Source: Camelus dromedarius (lineage: Eukaryota). From it: 64,000 bases of DNA. The DNA is taken from assembly GCF_036321535.1 (NCBI RefSeq), contig NC_087436.1, forward strand, positions 95,172,001 to 95,236,000, given 5' to 3'. The notes under the pieces are model-generated. The model was not told the DNA's origin. It did not search any database and saw only the letters and a program-made list of their open reading frames with translations. Shown here one piece after another: positions 14,895 to 26,236 of the stretch (the first letter of the stretch is position 1; each line of letters begins with the position of its first letter). The position numbers were made by a program, and so were the translations under genes.

Positions 14895-17091
14895 TATCTA
14901 AAAGGCTAATTCAACGTGACAATTTTCTTAGTCTAAAATAAAGACACGGTGTTCTCACTACACAAGCAGCCAAGCCCCAGCAAATCAGTGGGTTTTTTGG
15001 TTGACCTCAGTGTTTACAACCAGTCAAATCTCAGGTCGCTGTTAAAACCACAGTATGTGAGAAGCCATTTAACACACCGGCCACATGATGGCACAAGCTG
15101 AGAACTCACATGCACCTGCTAATCCTCATGCCCCCTTAGACAGTCATTGCCTGAAGTTGTCCAGTTGTTTTCTTTCCCCTTACTACATTCTCTCCCTCGG
15201 TGAATGAGGTTCCTTTCTCACAGTTTTACATACTTTTGTATTGTGACTCTCAAATATCTACCTCCATTCCATAGAGGCAGAAGGTAAATTAGTAGTTTCG
15301 AGGTGCCGAAGGGAAGGGAAATGAGTGATGACTGCTACTGAGCATTGATTTCTTTTGTGGGTGATGATGAAAATGTCCTAAAAGTAGATAGTGATAATGG
15401 CTGTATGATTCCATGAATATATTAAAAACCACTCAGCTGCACATTTAAAATGAGTGAATTTTGTAGTATGTGAATTTTGTGATGTGTGAATTATATCTCA
15501 ATACACTGTTTTGAAATCTTACCCTACCTCCAGATAAGCAGTTCTAATGACCAGCTGGACATCTCGTCGTGTCCCAGAGAAAACCTTTGCCATTAATTCT
15601 ATACCTTCCTCTTGACTTTTGGGTTTCTTTTAACGGCACCTAGATTTCCCCAATAACCCAGGCTTAAAATCTTAAGGCTGTCATTGACCAAATCTTCACT
15701 GTCTCAAGAATATATAATATCAATAGTTATCATTTATTGAGTGCCTGTTAAATCAATGCTCTTTAAATGGGTATCTCCTACGAGTTCGATATTATGAGCT
15801 CAATTTTACAGATGAGGCAACTGCTGCTCAGAGGTCACACTTTAAGGATGTGGCAGATCTGAGATCTGAGCCCACGTCTGACTTTGATTTTGAACCACGT
15901 CAGGGCCCCATCTGCAATACTACCTTCCTCTTCTCTTACATTCAACCAGGGCTCAAATCCTGGAGGCTCTTTATTCCAAATCTGTAGCCTGTCTTTTACT
16001 TCTATTTACCCTACCATCAGCTTTGATCAGGTCCTCAGTTTAATTCACATTGATGATATTAATATTGGGTTCACCCCCTCCTCACTGTTGTTCTCAGTTC
16101 ACTTCCCCACCATTTTCCTCACTGCTCTGGTTATGTCACCTCCTGCTCAGACATGCTCAGGGGCTCCCCACTTCCTACTGAGATGAAGTTACATCCTTCA
16201 GTTGGCATCCAAGGACCTCTGTGCTCTGACCCCACTAGGCTTACCCACCATGTTGACCTTCCAAATCCTTAAACGAGACAATATAAGTATGTGAACAAGA
16301 GACCCTCAGGTGGCTGTTGGTTCAATATGTTGTTTTAACACATTTAAGGCCCATTTAAAATAACCACCTCCTCATTCTTTGTTCCTCCTAGCTGGGTGTA
16401 ATTTTTCTTCCCCTGAACTCCCAGAGTGCCTTGTATCTAGCTCACTTCCAATGATTACAATCATCTTTGGTTACAGTTGTTTGTGTTCCGATAACACTGT
16501 AAATTCTATGAAGACAAGGATCTTTCTTGTTTGTCTTCATATGTCATATAGCACTTAACATGGTCTCTTGAGTATGGTGGGACGCTCAACAAATATGTGT
16601 GCTGAGTGACATTAATATTTTTGTGGAGACTTAAAATGAAAATGTAATTTGAAATGAAAGCTAGCAGAAAATGCCTTTACCCCCATTCACTACTCAGGAG
16701 CTATCTTACAGCAAGTGGTTCCAAATGACCCACGTGGGCTTTCCTTCATTCCTTCACTTCCCAGATAACTGAGTTAGACTGTCTCTTTTTAAACAAAAAT
16801 CCTTGGATTCTCTGACAACACACCTGTAAGCAAGTCTGCAGGTGAGAAAGGCAAATAACGCATATTTCTTTTTAGCTGGGACATTAAGTTTTGGATATTC
16901 AACGAGTCAATGAGAGCGGTCAGTGACTAATTGAAATAGTAAAGAGTGACAAAGGCCACTCTACAGAAAAAGGGTAGTTACTGTGGTTCGTGGGGGGTGG
17001 ATGAGACTAAGGGAGGGTACTTGAAAAATTATTATCACGTGGAAGCTCATAAAGTCTCTGGGAAAACCTTTGAGTTAGGACTGGCCTGGGA

Positions 17092-17318
17092 CAGAGGTTG
17101 GCAAACTATAGCCTGCTGGCTAAGTCTTGCCTTCCCTCTGTTTTGGTAAATAAAATTCTACTGGAACACAGACATGCTCATTTGTTTTTGTATTGTCTTT
17201 GGCGTCTCTGGCACAACAGCCGAGTTGAACAGTCATGACAGAGACCATATGGCCCACAAAGTTGCAAGGCCCAAAATACTTACTCTCTGGCCCTTTACAG
17301 AAAATGTTTGTTGACCCA
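17092..17318. mobile_element. MER58A-like hAT MITE
   Basis: cagaggttggcaaact ... tactctctggccctttacagaaaatgtttgttgaccc. Confidence 0.8.
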
Positions 17319-20300
17319 AGATCTAGGACATTGCGTGATTGCCACGGCCTAGAGTTCTCTGTCCTCATTTACCTTCTCCTCACCTGGGTCCTAGGGCCGT
17401 GACCATAAAGGGAATAGGTCCCATACTTGGACATCACTTATATCCCCTTTTTTAGTTCATCAACAGCTGACCATGGGCACTGTCTGATATTTTAATTTCT
17501 TTGTAAGATAGTTGGACAATCCTTACTATTAATCTGGATTATTAAAAAGCTCCAAACTCTTTCATTTCTCTATAAGCAGGAACATGAGAATAAACCTGGT
17601 TATGATAAACACTCATGGGCAAATAAAAAGCATTATAAACAACTTTGTATCTGCTTTGCCCTAAATTGCTGTGATATTGTTCCTAATGCTAAAACACTTC
17701 ACCACATACCCTGTGACCTCTCTGCGGGTTAGCCGTACTGTACGCCCTGGGGGTGGTTGGTTAACAGTTGAAATGCCCTATTCAGGAACATGCTCTCCAG
17801 GGGTCTTCAGTTAACATTTCAGAATCTGTAATTGAGTGTTCGCCTCTTGAGAGGGTTCAACTATCCTTGTCCCTGATCGCTACTTCAGGGTGTGCTACTT
17901 AGCATAAGGGCTATTAGAAATCATTTTTCACTGACAAAATGCAAATGGTGCTTACGGTGGACTGGCAAGAAATAACGTACAGGTGTTTCTGCTGGTCTAT
18001 TTCCAGGGCAAAACATTACATTGAGTCCAGCAGCTCTTGCGCTTTGCAGTAGAGTTTTTCTAGTTCTTCTCACTGTGGGAGAACCCCAAGGCCTGATTAG
18101 AAGGCTAGCTGACTCCTACCTCTACAGCCATCCTCACCAGAGGCCTAAAAGGACAGAGAGCTAGGACTTCATCAACTCACAAGAACAAGCTTTGTAACTG
18201 AGCCCGGCTGCTGAAAGACACATGAGTGAGCGGCAGAACTCCACCTGAGAGGTGGATTCCTGGAAACACCGCTCTTGGGAGGGAGGTTGCATAGGAGGCC
18301 CTCACCCATCTCGGATGGTCAAATTGTTTTTGGTCAGTTCCTCTCAATTGTGGGAAAACTGCTGCAACAAAAGACTCTTCCCGTGGCTACTCTGTGTTCC
18401 ACCAGCAACATGAAGCCATTCCTTCAGAAACACCCCCAAATCAGCCGTGTTGAACTGATACTGTTAGGAAACATTTATGGATAATTTATACATTTCAGAA
18501 AGGCTCTATTTTTACATCTCTTCAAATAATAAAAAAAAAATTTACCATCATATTCAGCCTACTTTAAAGTCTAATTTTACATGAACTTCTACCTGTTACT
18601 GGTCCACATTTTCCCTAAATCAAAACCAATAAAGAAAAACCCCAAAAACCTTTTTTTGCATGTTCTGGTAGACCTTTGTCTACTCTGGATGTTATTACGA
18701 CAGGAGAGATGTAATCATTTTTAAGATGGTGCTCTTCTGTCTGCAGCCATTAGAAACTGTGTGTTCTAAAGACACAGCTGTTTCTGTTCAGTGACTGATG
18801 GAGTCCACGAGGACTACAGCCATGACACGTGCTGTGTTTCCTGGGACAGTCTCCATCCCTGCCTGGGTGCCCCATAAGCAGTCAAGATTTAAACCTTTCC
18901 TCATTTACGGTTTGGAACGCTGATCACTGCAGCCACGTCCTGTGGCTTTGATGCTATGGAGACTCAATCCACAGAAACAAGGAGGCTTCTTCAGTAAAAC
19001 TCCAAGGAGAGGAAGAGTGGCATATAAAGAAGCCTTTGTGGGCTGGGAATAAGTTAGTTTTTCATGAGCAAATTCATTCATCACCTAAAATGCTCCCAGA
19101 ACTATGTTAGGTATTGGAACAGCAACACTGTGGCTCCAGAAATAGGTTTAAAACGGAAGACATGGTTACTATCCTTCAGAAAGTGAATAATCTGTTCTCA
19201 TTTTACTCCTGGTCAGTGAAGGTCCAGGAAACTATTCCACCTAACACGAAATGGTTAAATGATGATGTAAAACAACACATCAAAGCAGGGAATTAGGCTG
19301 ATCTCATGCAAAGGAGAATCTGGAAAGTGGCTTTGATATGGTTATTCAGGCATGATGGGATCAGAGTATGTGCAAATGCCCAGGAATGAATTGAGATACT
19401 CAGAACGGGTGCTGCGTGGCTGGCCACAAGAAGAAATAGTAAGGGATGGGAGGGGTGGATTCTGAGGCAGAAAGAGCCATGCCCTGGTCCTACCATCCCT
19501 CTGTGGGCGTACACCTCCCTCATTTTTGCTGGGCTTGCTCACTTCCTCCTCTGTAGAGTAAGGCTGGACAAAGTGATTTATATATTTTCTTCCCCGACAC
19601 CAGACTGTAGGACAGGGACCAGTCCATGATGGCAGAGAAAAATGAGGACAAGATAGTGAGTTTTTCATCGATCTAAATTTATTACATGTAGAGGACTGCC
19701 TTCACCTTGCCAGTTTAGCCTCCAAGCTTTTCTTGGTATTCAAGTGTCTTTCATCTTATGAAATAGTGGTGCAGTGGATGTATTTTTTTTTAATGGTCTC
19801 ACTTGGCAAAGTAAGAATTTGGTAATACAATACCCTGTGTGAAATCACCGCCCCCAATTTTAAAAAATGTTGCTCAGTGAAAGACGAGGAACAAAAACTG
19901 TGGATAATAGAGTCTTAATCAGGTTGTAAGAGTCCTATGGCACTAGACAAGTACACGTGCTCAGACCCCAGTCTCTTTTTCCTCCAGTCTAGCCTTCATG
20001 TGCCTGCCAGATATTTTTATGAAACACACATGGGACCCACTTGCTCCCTTGTTTACAAACCATTAGATTTAAACACCTTTGCACAGCATCTGTGGCCACC
20101 CATAAACCAGCTCCAATCTCTCTATCCACCTCCTGTGACTCAACACACCGCACACTCTTGCCTCACCAGACTTTCCATCACTGCCTGCGCAGCTCATAAA
20201 CATTCCCAGCTCCTCGCCTTTGCTTATGCTGGTTCTTCTGCCCAGGATGCCCTGCCTCCATTTGCCTGGCAAACTCCTATTTGCTTCTCTATGTCTAATG

Positions 20301-21057
20301 TCACTTTTCACTCTAAAATTTTCCTTAATTTGCCCCACTCCTTTCAAAGAATTATTTACTCCCTCTTTCATGTTTTTCACAATGCTTTGCACGGACTTCT
20401 ATGGCATTTATAAGGAGTATTTGTTTCTGTGTCATTCTCTCCTCCAGAACTGTGATCAACAAGCACCGAGCTTGGTTTCTGACCCTCCAATATTTATGGA
20501 ACTGAAATATATTGTTTGATACTGATTAAAGAGAAACAACATTTGATATAAGCCTGGTCTTATAGATAAATGGCATGGTCTGAATCCCTAAGACTTAGCA
20601 GCCCCCTCTCATCCTCAAATTCCTTATGCACTGGCTCCCTGGAATCTCTAATTCCACCTTGGAAGTTTCCTTCTTTTGCTTAAAGCTTACAGTGTAAGGA
20701 GTTTATCAGACTCCTTCCTGAGGTCGGGTTCTGAAGGAGGAAAGGAAGGAGAGAGCAGGGAATGGAGAGGGGTGAAGTGGGAAAGGGGCATTAGGAGGAA
20801 AAGAGAGCAGAGAGGGGCCTCCGAGGAGAAAGCCTGCCTCATTCTGTTTCCTCAGGTTAGCTGAGGTCTTCTGGAGTTCAAGAGACACTGATTTTTAAAA
20901 GCCACCCGCTTGAATCTCTCAAGATGCTTAGAATGGGAACTGACGGGATCAGTAAGACACAGATGTCACCGTTACAGCTCATACAGAGAGGTCTTCCTAC
21001 ACCAGGAAAGGGCAGTGAAGTCCAGGCGCCTAATCTGAGACGGCTGGAAAGACTCAC

Positions 21058-21216
21058 TGGATTCCCGGGCAGAAGAGCCGATTGGGTGGGCGGGTGGGGG
21101 GCTGGGGAGCTGGGTAGTGGGTACAACTCAACCTAGGGGAGGGAACAGAACTCAACCTGGCTGTGAATGGAGATGCTGCAGGCTTCGGGTGTGGGCTGAG
21201 GTGGAAGGGCGGGCGT
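21058..21216 (-). other. FAM114A1: Candidate FAM114A1 non-coding exon 2
   Basis: Minus-strand acceptor gctcatcatttctccccacgcag| and donor CCA|gtgagt, downstream of miR-574. Other AG/GT pairs (for example 21431-21351) cannot be excluded. Confidence 0.45.
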
Positions 21217-21464
21217 CTGCGTGGGGAGAAATGATGAGCTTGGGTGCGAGGTCAAGGCCTGAGCTCGGTTTTCCGAGGCCAAAGGCCGGCGAGCCCAGGG
21301 GTAGGACCTGCTCCCTCGGTGCCCCCGGCTGCCGGGACCCTGCAGCCTACCTCTCACTCGGACCTGAAACCTTGGGGAAACTTTTTCAGACTTGCTTGGT
21401 GCTGGGACCAGATACTTCGGGAGCACAGGCTCTGCAGAGGTTCACGCCGGCCGAGGGGGCAGAG

Positions 21465-21560
21465 CCGGAGTGCGGGCGTGTGGGTGTGTGCATGAGCGTG
21501 GACCCGGAGCGACACACACTCACACACACACACTCACACGCCCGCACCCACGCAGGGCCC
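21465..21560 (-). ncRNA. MIR574: pre-miR-574 hairpin; 5p arm 21536-21514, 3p arm 21500-21479
   Basis: The reverse complement contains UGAGUGUGUGUGUGUGAGUGUGU (miR-574-5p) and CACGCUCAUGCACACACCCACA (miR-574-3p), and the two arms are complementary. miR-574 is known to lie in the first intron of FAM114A1. Confidence 0.96.
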
Positions 21561-21779
21561 TCGGCCGCGCCGCCCGCACCTTCACCCCCAAGGCCGGTCC
21601 TCCCGGTCCCGCACCCCGTGCCAAGTCTCTGCCGACGGCTTCTCACTAACGCAGCGGGCAGGATTCGGGGAGCAGGACGAGCAGCGGCGGCAGGGTCTCC
21701 CCACCACCCACCGGCGGCTGTCCCCGCAGCCCCCCGCCCGGGGAAGGGGATGACGGCGAGAAGTACCCGGGGCTCTTAC

Positions 21780-21900
21780 CGCTCAGGCGGCCGAGTGCGC
21801 GCGGGAGCGCCCGCCGGGTCCCGCCCCGCCACGTCGGCAGGGCTGGCGGGGACGCGGCCGGAGGGCGGGCCGGGAGGGGGCGCGGGCTGGACGGGCCGAG
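21780..21900 (-). other. FAM114A1: Candidate FAM114A1 non-coding exon 1 (5' end approximate)
   Basis: Minus-strand donor GCG|gtaaga (GT at 21779-21778) inside the CpG island, upstream of miR-574. Confidence 0.6.
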
Positions 21901-23727
21901 CTGCCCCGCCTCGCGGCCCCGACAGGGCCCCGCCCCCGCGTGAGCCCGCCCCGGCCTCGAGCGCCGCCGCGGAGGCCCCGACACCCCGTCTCCCTGGCCG
22001 GAGCGTCCGGGCCTCGCTGCTGACCCTCCTGGGGAAACGAGCCGCCGGCTGAGCTGGAGGGGGTGCCCAGCCCAACCCGGGGCGGGTCTCGGGGTTCTCT
22101 GCATCCCTCCCCTTTCTTTAAAAGCGCCCCGGAAACGCCGCAGTTTCGCCGGGAAGGGATCACTCAAGTTCAGTAAGTGTTTGCGATTCCCCCGATGTTG
22201 CTTTCAACAGCTTGTCCTTACCCTGTTGGTGGAACAGTAATCTGATTTAAAAACAACCAAACAAAAACCTTTTCTAGAAGGCCAGTTTGGAAATGTGGAT
22301 GAAAATTCAAATGCATTATCTTTGGCCCAAGAATTCCACGTCTGCGAATTTGTCCTAACAGTCGAATATGTATGTACGAGGATGTTTGTTATGGTTGTTT
22401 ATGCCAAGGAAAATAACCCGGAAATAATTTATCCCCCGATAAAAGATGAGTGAAGTAAACTACAGTAACTTCAAACAGTCGGATATACTGTACGCATTAA
22501 AAATTATAACTGTACGTCCAGTTTGTTAACATGGAAGGCAGGCAGGCCACAGCCAAGTATTAAGGTGAGGGCGGGGGAAGCTTACAAAAGTGTATGTAGA
22601 GTGTAAACCTATTCTTGTAATTATATATGTATATTTATATTTTATATAAAAGTTAGGGAAAACTCAATTTTAAAAAGTGATTCTTTCTGAGGTCTGCAGT
22701 TGTGAGTGTTCGCAAAGTGTATAGCAGGTGTGGCAGGTGTGTTTTGGTGTTCCCTGGACACAAACACCATGCCTGTGACTTCTGTGTTCGCCTAGGCACA
22801 GCAAGTACCTTTGCCACACCTGCTCCTCCCTGCCCTGCTGACCCACAGAAACCGGATGACATTCCTTTTTAAAGGTCTGGTTTCCTTTTCTCCTTGGACC
22901 CAAAACACACCGTTCCAGTAACAGGATATCAACCAAGCAACACTGTTAACAGGTTTTGTTACTGACTGTAATTATGCTTTTTTACTCAAATGTTGCTGCT
23001 TCTCAGTCCACCAGGTTTATTTCAAAACTTTCATTTGTTTGCAATGTAAAAATGTTTTATTTATTTAAAAAATTCCAGAGTAGTTAAGACATAGAAAACT
23101 AGAGAATAAAATGACAAATACTTATTTCTGTAAAAAAATTTAATGAATGATATAACAAAATGTAGATTTAGTAAATTTTTTTTGGCCATATTTATTTTGG
23201 AATCTTCTTTTAAAAGAAGAAAGTTACAGATATGCTTGAAACCCTGTTCCTTCTATTCTCCAGTTTCTCTGGAAGAAACCAGTGTCCTGAGCTTGTTGTC
23301 CATACTTCCCACTCATATTTCTACTTTACTGCACATCTCCTTATCCATAAACACTATATAGAATTATTTTTCAGTGTTTTAAAATGTTATAAATAACATC
23401 CTGTACACTTGTTTACTCAACACTATATTTTTGAGAACCATTCACATTCACACGTGTAGCTCTAACACGTTCATTTTAAAGTCTTCGTGGGATTCCACTG
23501 TATGAATGTGCCACAATCTATCCATTCCCCAAGTGATGGGTGTTTAGTGTGTTTCACGTTTCACTGTTGCATGGTATTAGATGTGCGGAATGCCAACAGA
23601 GTGCTATATAGTATATTGCATATAATGCTGCTGTGGCCATCTGTGTGTATGTTTTCTTGTATCCCAGGCTATAAGCCAGGTCATCTTCACTAGATAGCCT
23701 GAAATTGTCCTACAGTGTGGTCCAATC

Positions 23728-25125
23728 ATTCATTCAACAAAACCTTTTTGAACATATGCTACGTACCTAGAACTGCTCTAGGTGTTGTGAATGAAGTAAG
23801 GGGCAAAGAAAAGTCCTGCCCACAACGAGAAAGGGAGATAGACCCTAACTAGATAGTTTATTAGATGGTGAATAAAGCAGAATATGGACTCTATAGGGTC
23901 TAGAGAAGGATGGGTGGGAGCACTTGTGATTGGAGAAGGTCCTGCAGGTAAAGCAGCACTTCAGCGTAGACTTTGTGGAAGTAAGGGGGTGAACAGTGGT
24001 GATGTCTGGGGGCAGTTTTGGGCAGGGGGACCTGCAGGAGCAGTGTGGGAGCATGGTTGGTGCCATCACAGAATGGTGAGGTGGCCAGTGAGGCTGGAGC
24101 AGAGGGAAGATGGGGCAGAGTGGAAGGAAATGAGTCCACAGAGGTAGTGAAGACTGAGAGTTGGGGCAGGCCAGGCAGTGCCTTGTGAACCATGGTGGGG
24201 ATTTCGACTTTGAGTGAGAAGGGAATCTTTACAGCTTTTGAGTAGGAGTGTGCCACGATTCTAATTGGGTTGGAGTGGGATGGGATGGGGTGGGGTGGGT
24301 GGGTGGAGGGAAAGGTAGAGCCAGATAGACCAGTTCAGAGACCACTGCAGTTACCCACGTGAGGGAGATGATGGTTTGGCCACATGGGGATGGTGGAGGG
24401 CAAGAGAGTGGTTTTGCTTGCAGGTATATTTCAAAGAAAAACTCAACAAAATTTTTGCTCATGGGTTGGATGCGGAGTTGGAGCAAAAGAAAGCAGTCAC
24501 TAATTACTCCAAGGATTTTAGCCTAGGGGAATAGAAGTATCATTTACTGAGATGGGGAAGGATGCCAAAGGGGGAGGTTGGAGGTAGTGAGGATTCAAGG
24601 GTTAGTTTTCAACAAGAATGATTTAGCAAATGTTTAGAGCAGGCAGTTGGATATAAGAGTCTGGGCTGGAGGTGGTAACTGGAGAGTCATCAGCAAATAA
24701 ATAGTTTTGAAGGCATGAGCTAGGATGCGAGTGCATGGAGTTAGAGAAGAAACGATGTCCAAGGCTGAGTCTTGGATGTTCCATGTCAGAGACATAAGGA
24801 GGACCCAGAAGGGAACTAGGAAGGAATGCCAGTGATTTAGCAGGAAAATTGGGAGGAAGGTGGGGGGAGTGGGAATGGAGGAGGGAATATGGGGTTCCAG
24901 AAACCAAGTAAGAAAACTTTTCAAGATCTTGTAACTGTGTTCAGTGCTGCTGATAGCTCAGATGAAATCTGAGAATTGACCCTTGGATTTGGCAATGTAG
25001 GGGGTCACTGGTGACCTTGACAAGGGTTATATCTCTGGAGTGGTGGGGAAGGAAATCTGAATTGAGTGGATTTGAGAGAATGGGAGGAGAATAATTAGAG
25101 ACAGTGAGTAAACATCTCTTTCAAG
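23728..25125 (-). mobile_element. Degenerate L2 fragments
   Basis: cattcattcaacaa terminus; ttggatttggcaatgtagggggtcactggtgaccttgacaag and other L2-like blocks. Confidence 0.65.
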
Positions 25126-25291
25126 GATTTCTGGTGGCAGAAAGGAGGAGGTAGTGCACTCTAAACATTTGCCAAATCATTCTTGTTGAAAACAAAGCAG
25201 TTAGTGATCGGGAAGTAGCAGGGAGAGTCAAGGACACCTGCATCACCTCCAAACCCTGGGGTGTGAGGAGTGCAGTTGGGGAAAACAGGAA

Positions 25292-25305
25292 CCACTAGAG
25301 GGCGA
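25292..25305 (+). promoter_or_regulatory. CTCF-like motif
   Basis: CCACTAGAGGGCGA is a near-perfect match to the CTCF core CCASYAGRKGGCRS. Confidence 0.55.
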
Positions 25306-26167
25306 TGTGTTCAGAATGGTGATCATGTCTCAGCATTACCTGATCCTTACTGAGGTAGAGTGGCATCACCTGAAGAGCTTGCAAAATAATACTGATGTCT
25401 GGCCCCATCCCAGACTATTGAAGTCAGAATCTCTGGACATGTATGAGCACTCCTGTTTCCTCACATTCTGACCAACACTTGGTGTTATTAGATGTTTTAA
25501 TTTTTGTCCATCCCAGGGGTATACAGTGGTGTCTCCTGTTATCCATTCATTTATATCTTTTGCTAATTCCTTCCCCAATTGTGTTTGTTAGCCATTTTAT
25601 TACTGATTTATAGGAATTGTTTACATATTTAGATATTAATCCTTTTGTGGTTGTATGTGTTGCAAATATCTTCTCCTGGAATGTGGCTTTTTTTTTTTAA
25701 TTCAGCAGAAGATTTTGGTTTTAATATTAATATCTGAGTTACCAATTTTATTTCTAGTGGTTTGTATATTTTATGATATTGATAATTTTCACATAACTTA
25801 TTTCAAAGCTGTTGGTAGGCACGAATATTTATTTACTGATTTTCCAGGGAAAGAGTAAGGTAGTTTTTTTAGAGTAAAAATCATTAAAATAATGTTTTAC
25901 TTCTGTTCGTACAGGGACGATATGTTTGCTGGCTTTGGGCTATGTTATTTTACTTATCCCACTATAATGCTATTTTATTTTTTAAAAATAAAAGTAATGT
26001 ATGTACATTAATGCATGTAAAAAATTTCAAATGGGACAAAAGAGCATAAAATGGTGAGTAGAAATCTCTCTCTCTCCCTTGTTTCTTCTGCTCACAGGTA
26101 ACAGTTTCTTAGATATCCCTTCAGAAAAAAAGTTTTCTGCATATACCAGCACAAGTGTGTAGACCCT

Positions 26168-26236
26168 TGTGTTAGATCCCTGTGGCTGCCGTAACAGACT
26201 CCCACAAATCAGATGGCTTAAAACAACAGAAGTTTA
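26168..26236 (-). mobile_element. MLT1 LTR, first piece; it resumes at about 29453-29510 after an L1 insertion
   Basis: tgtgttagatccctgtggctgccgtaaca...ggcttaaaacaacagaa | tttattctctcacagttttgaaggccagaagtccaaaatcaag. Confidence 0.75.

Larger units (their letters stand above)
21240..22160. promoter_or_regulatory. FAM114A1: CpG-island promoter of FAM114A1/miR-574
   Basis: Very GC- and CpG-rich block in an AT-rich background, with many GC boxes (CCCCGCCCC/GGGCGG) and ETS-like CCGGAA at about 22129. Confidence 0.9.

Noticed and set aside
21117..22167. Long ORFs (311 aa on +, 173 aa on -, and others) over the CpG island
   Set aside because: They are Pro/Ala/Gly/Arg-rich, overlap in several frames and run across miR-574. 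Stop-codon scarcity in very GC-rich DNA explains them.
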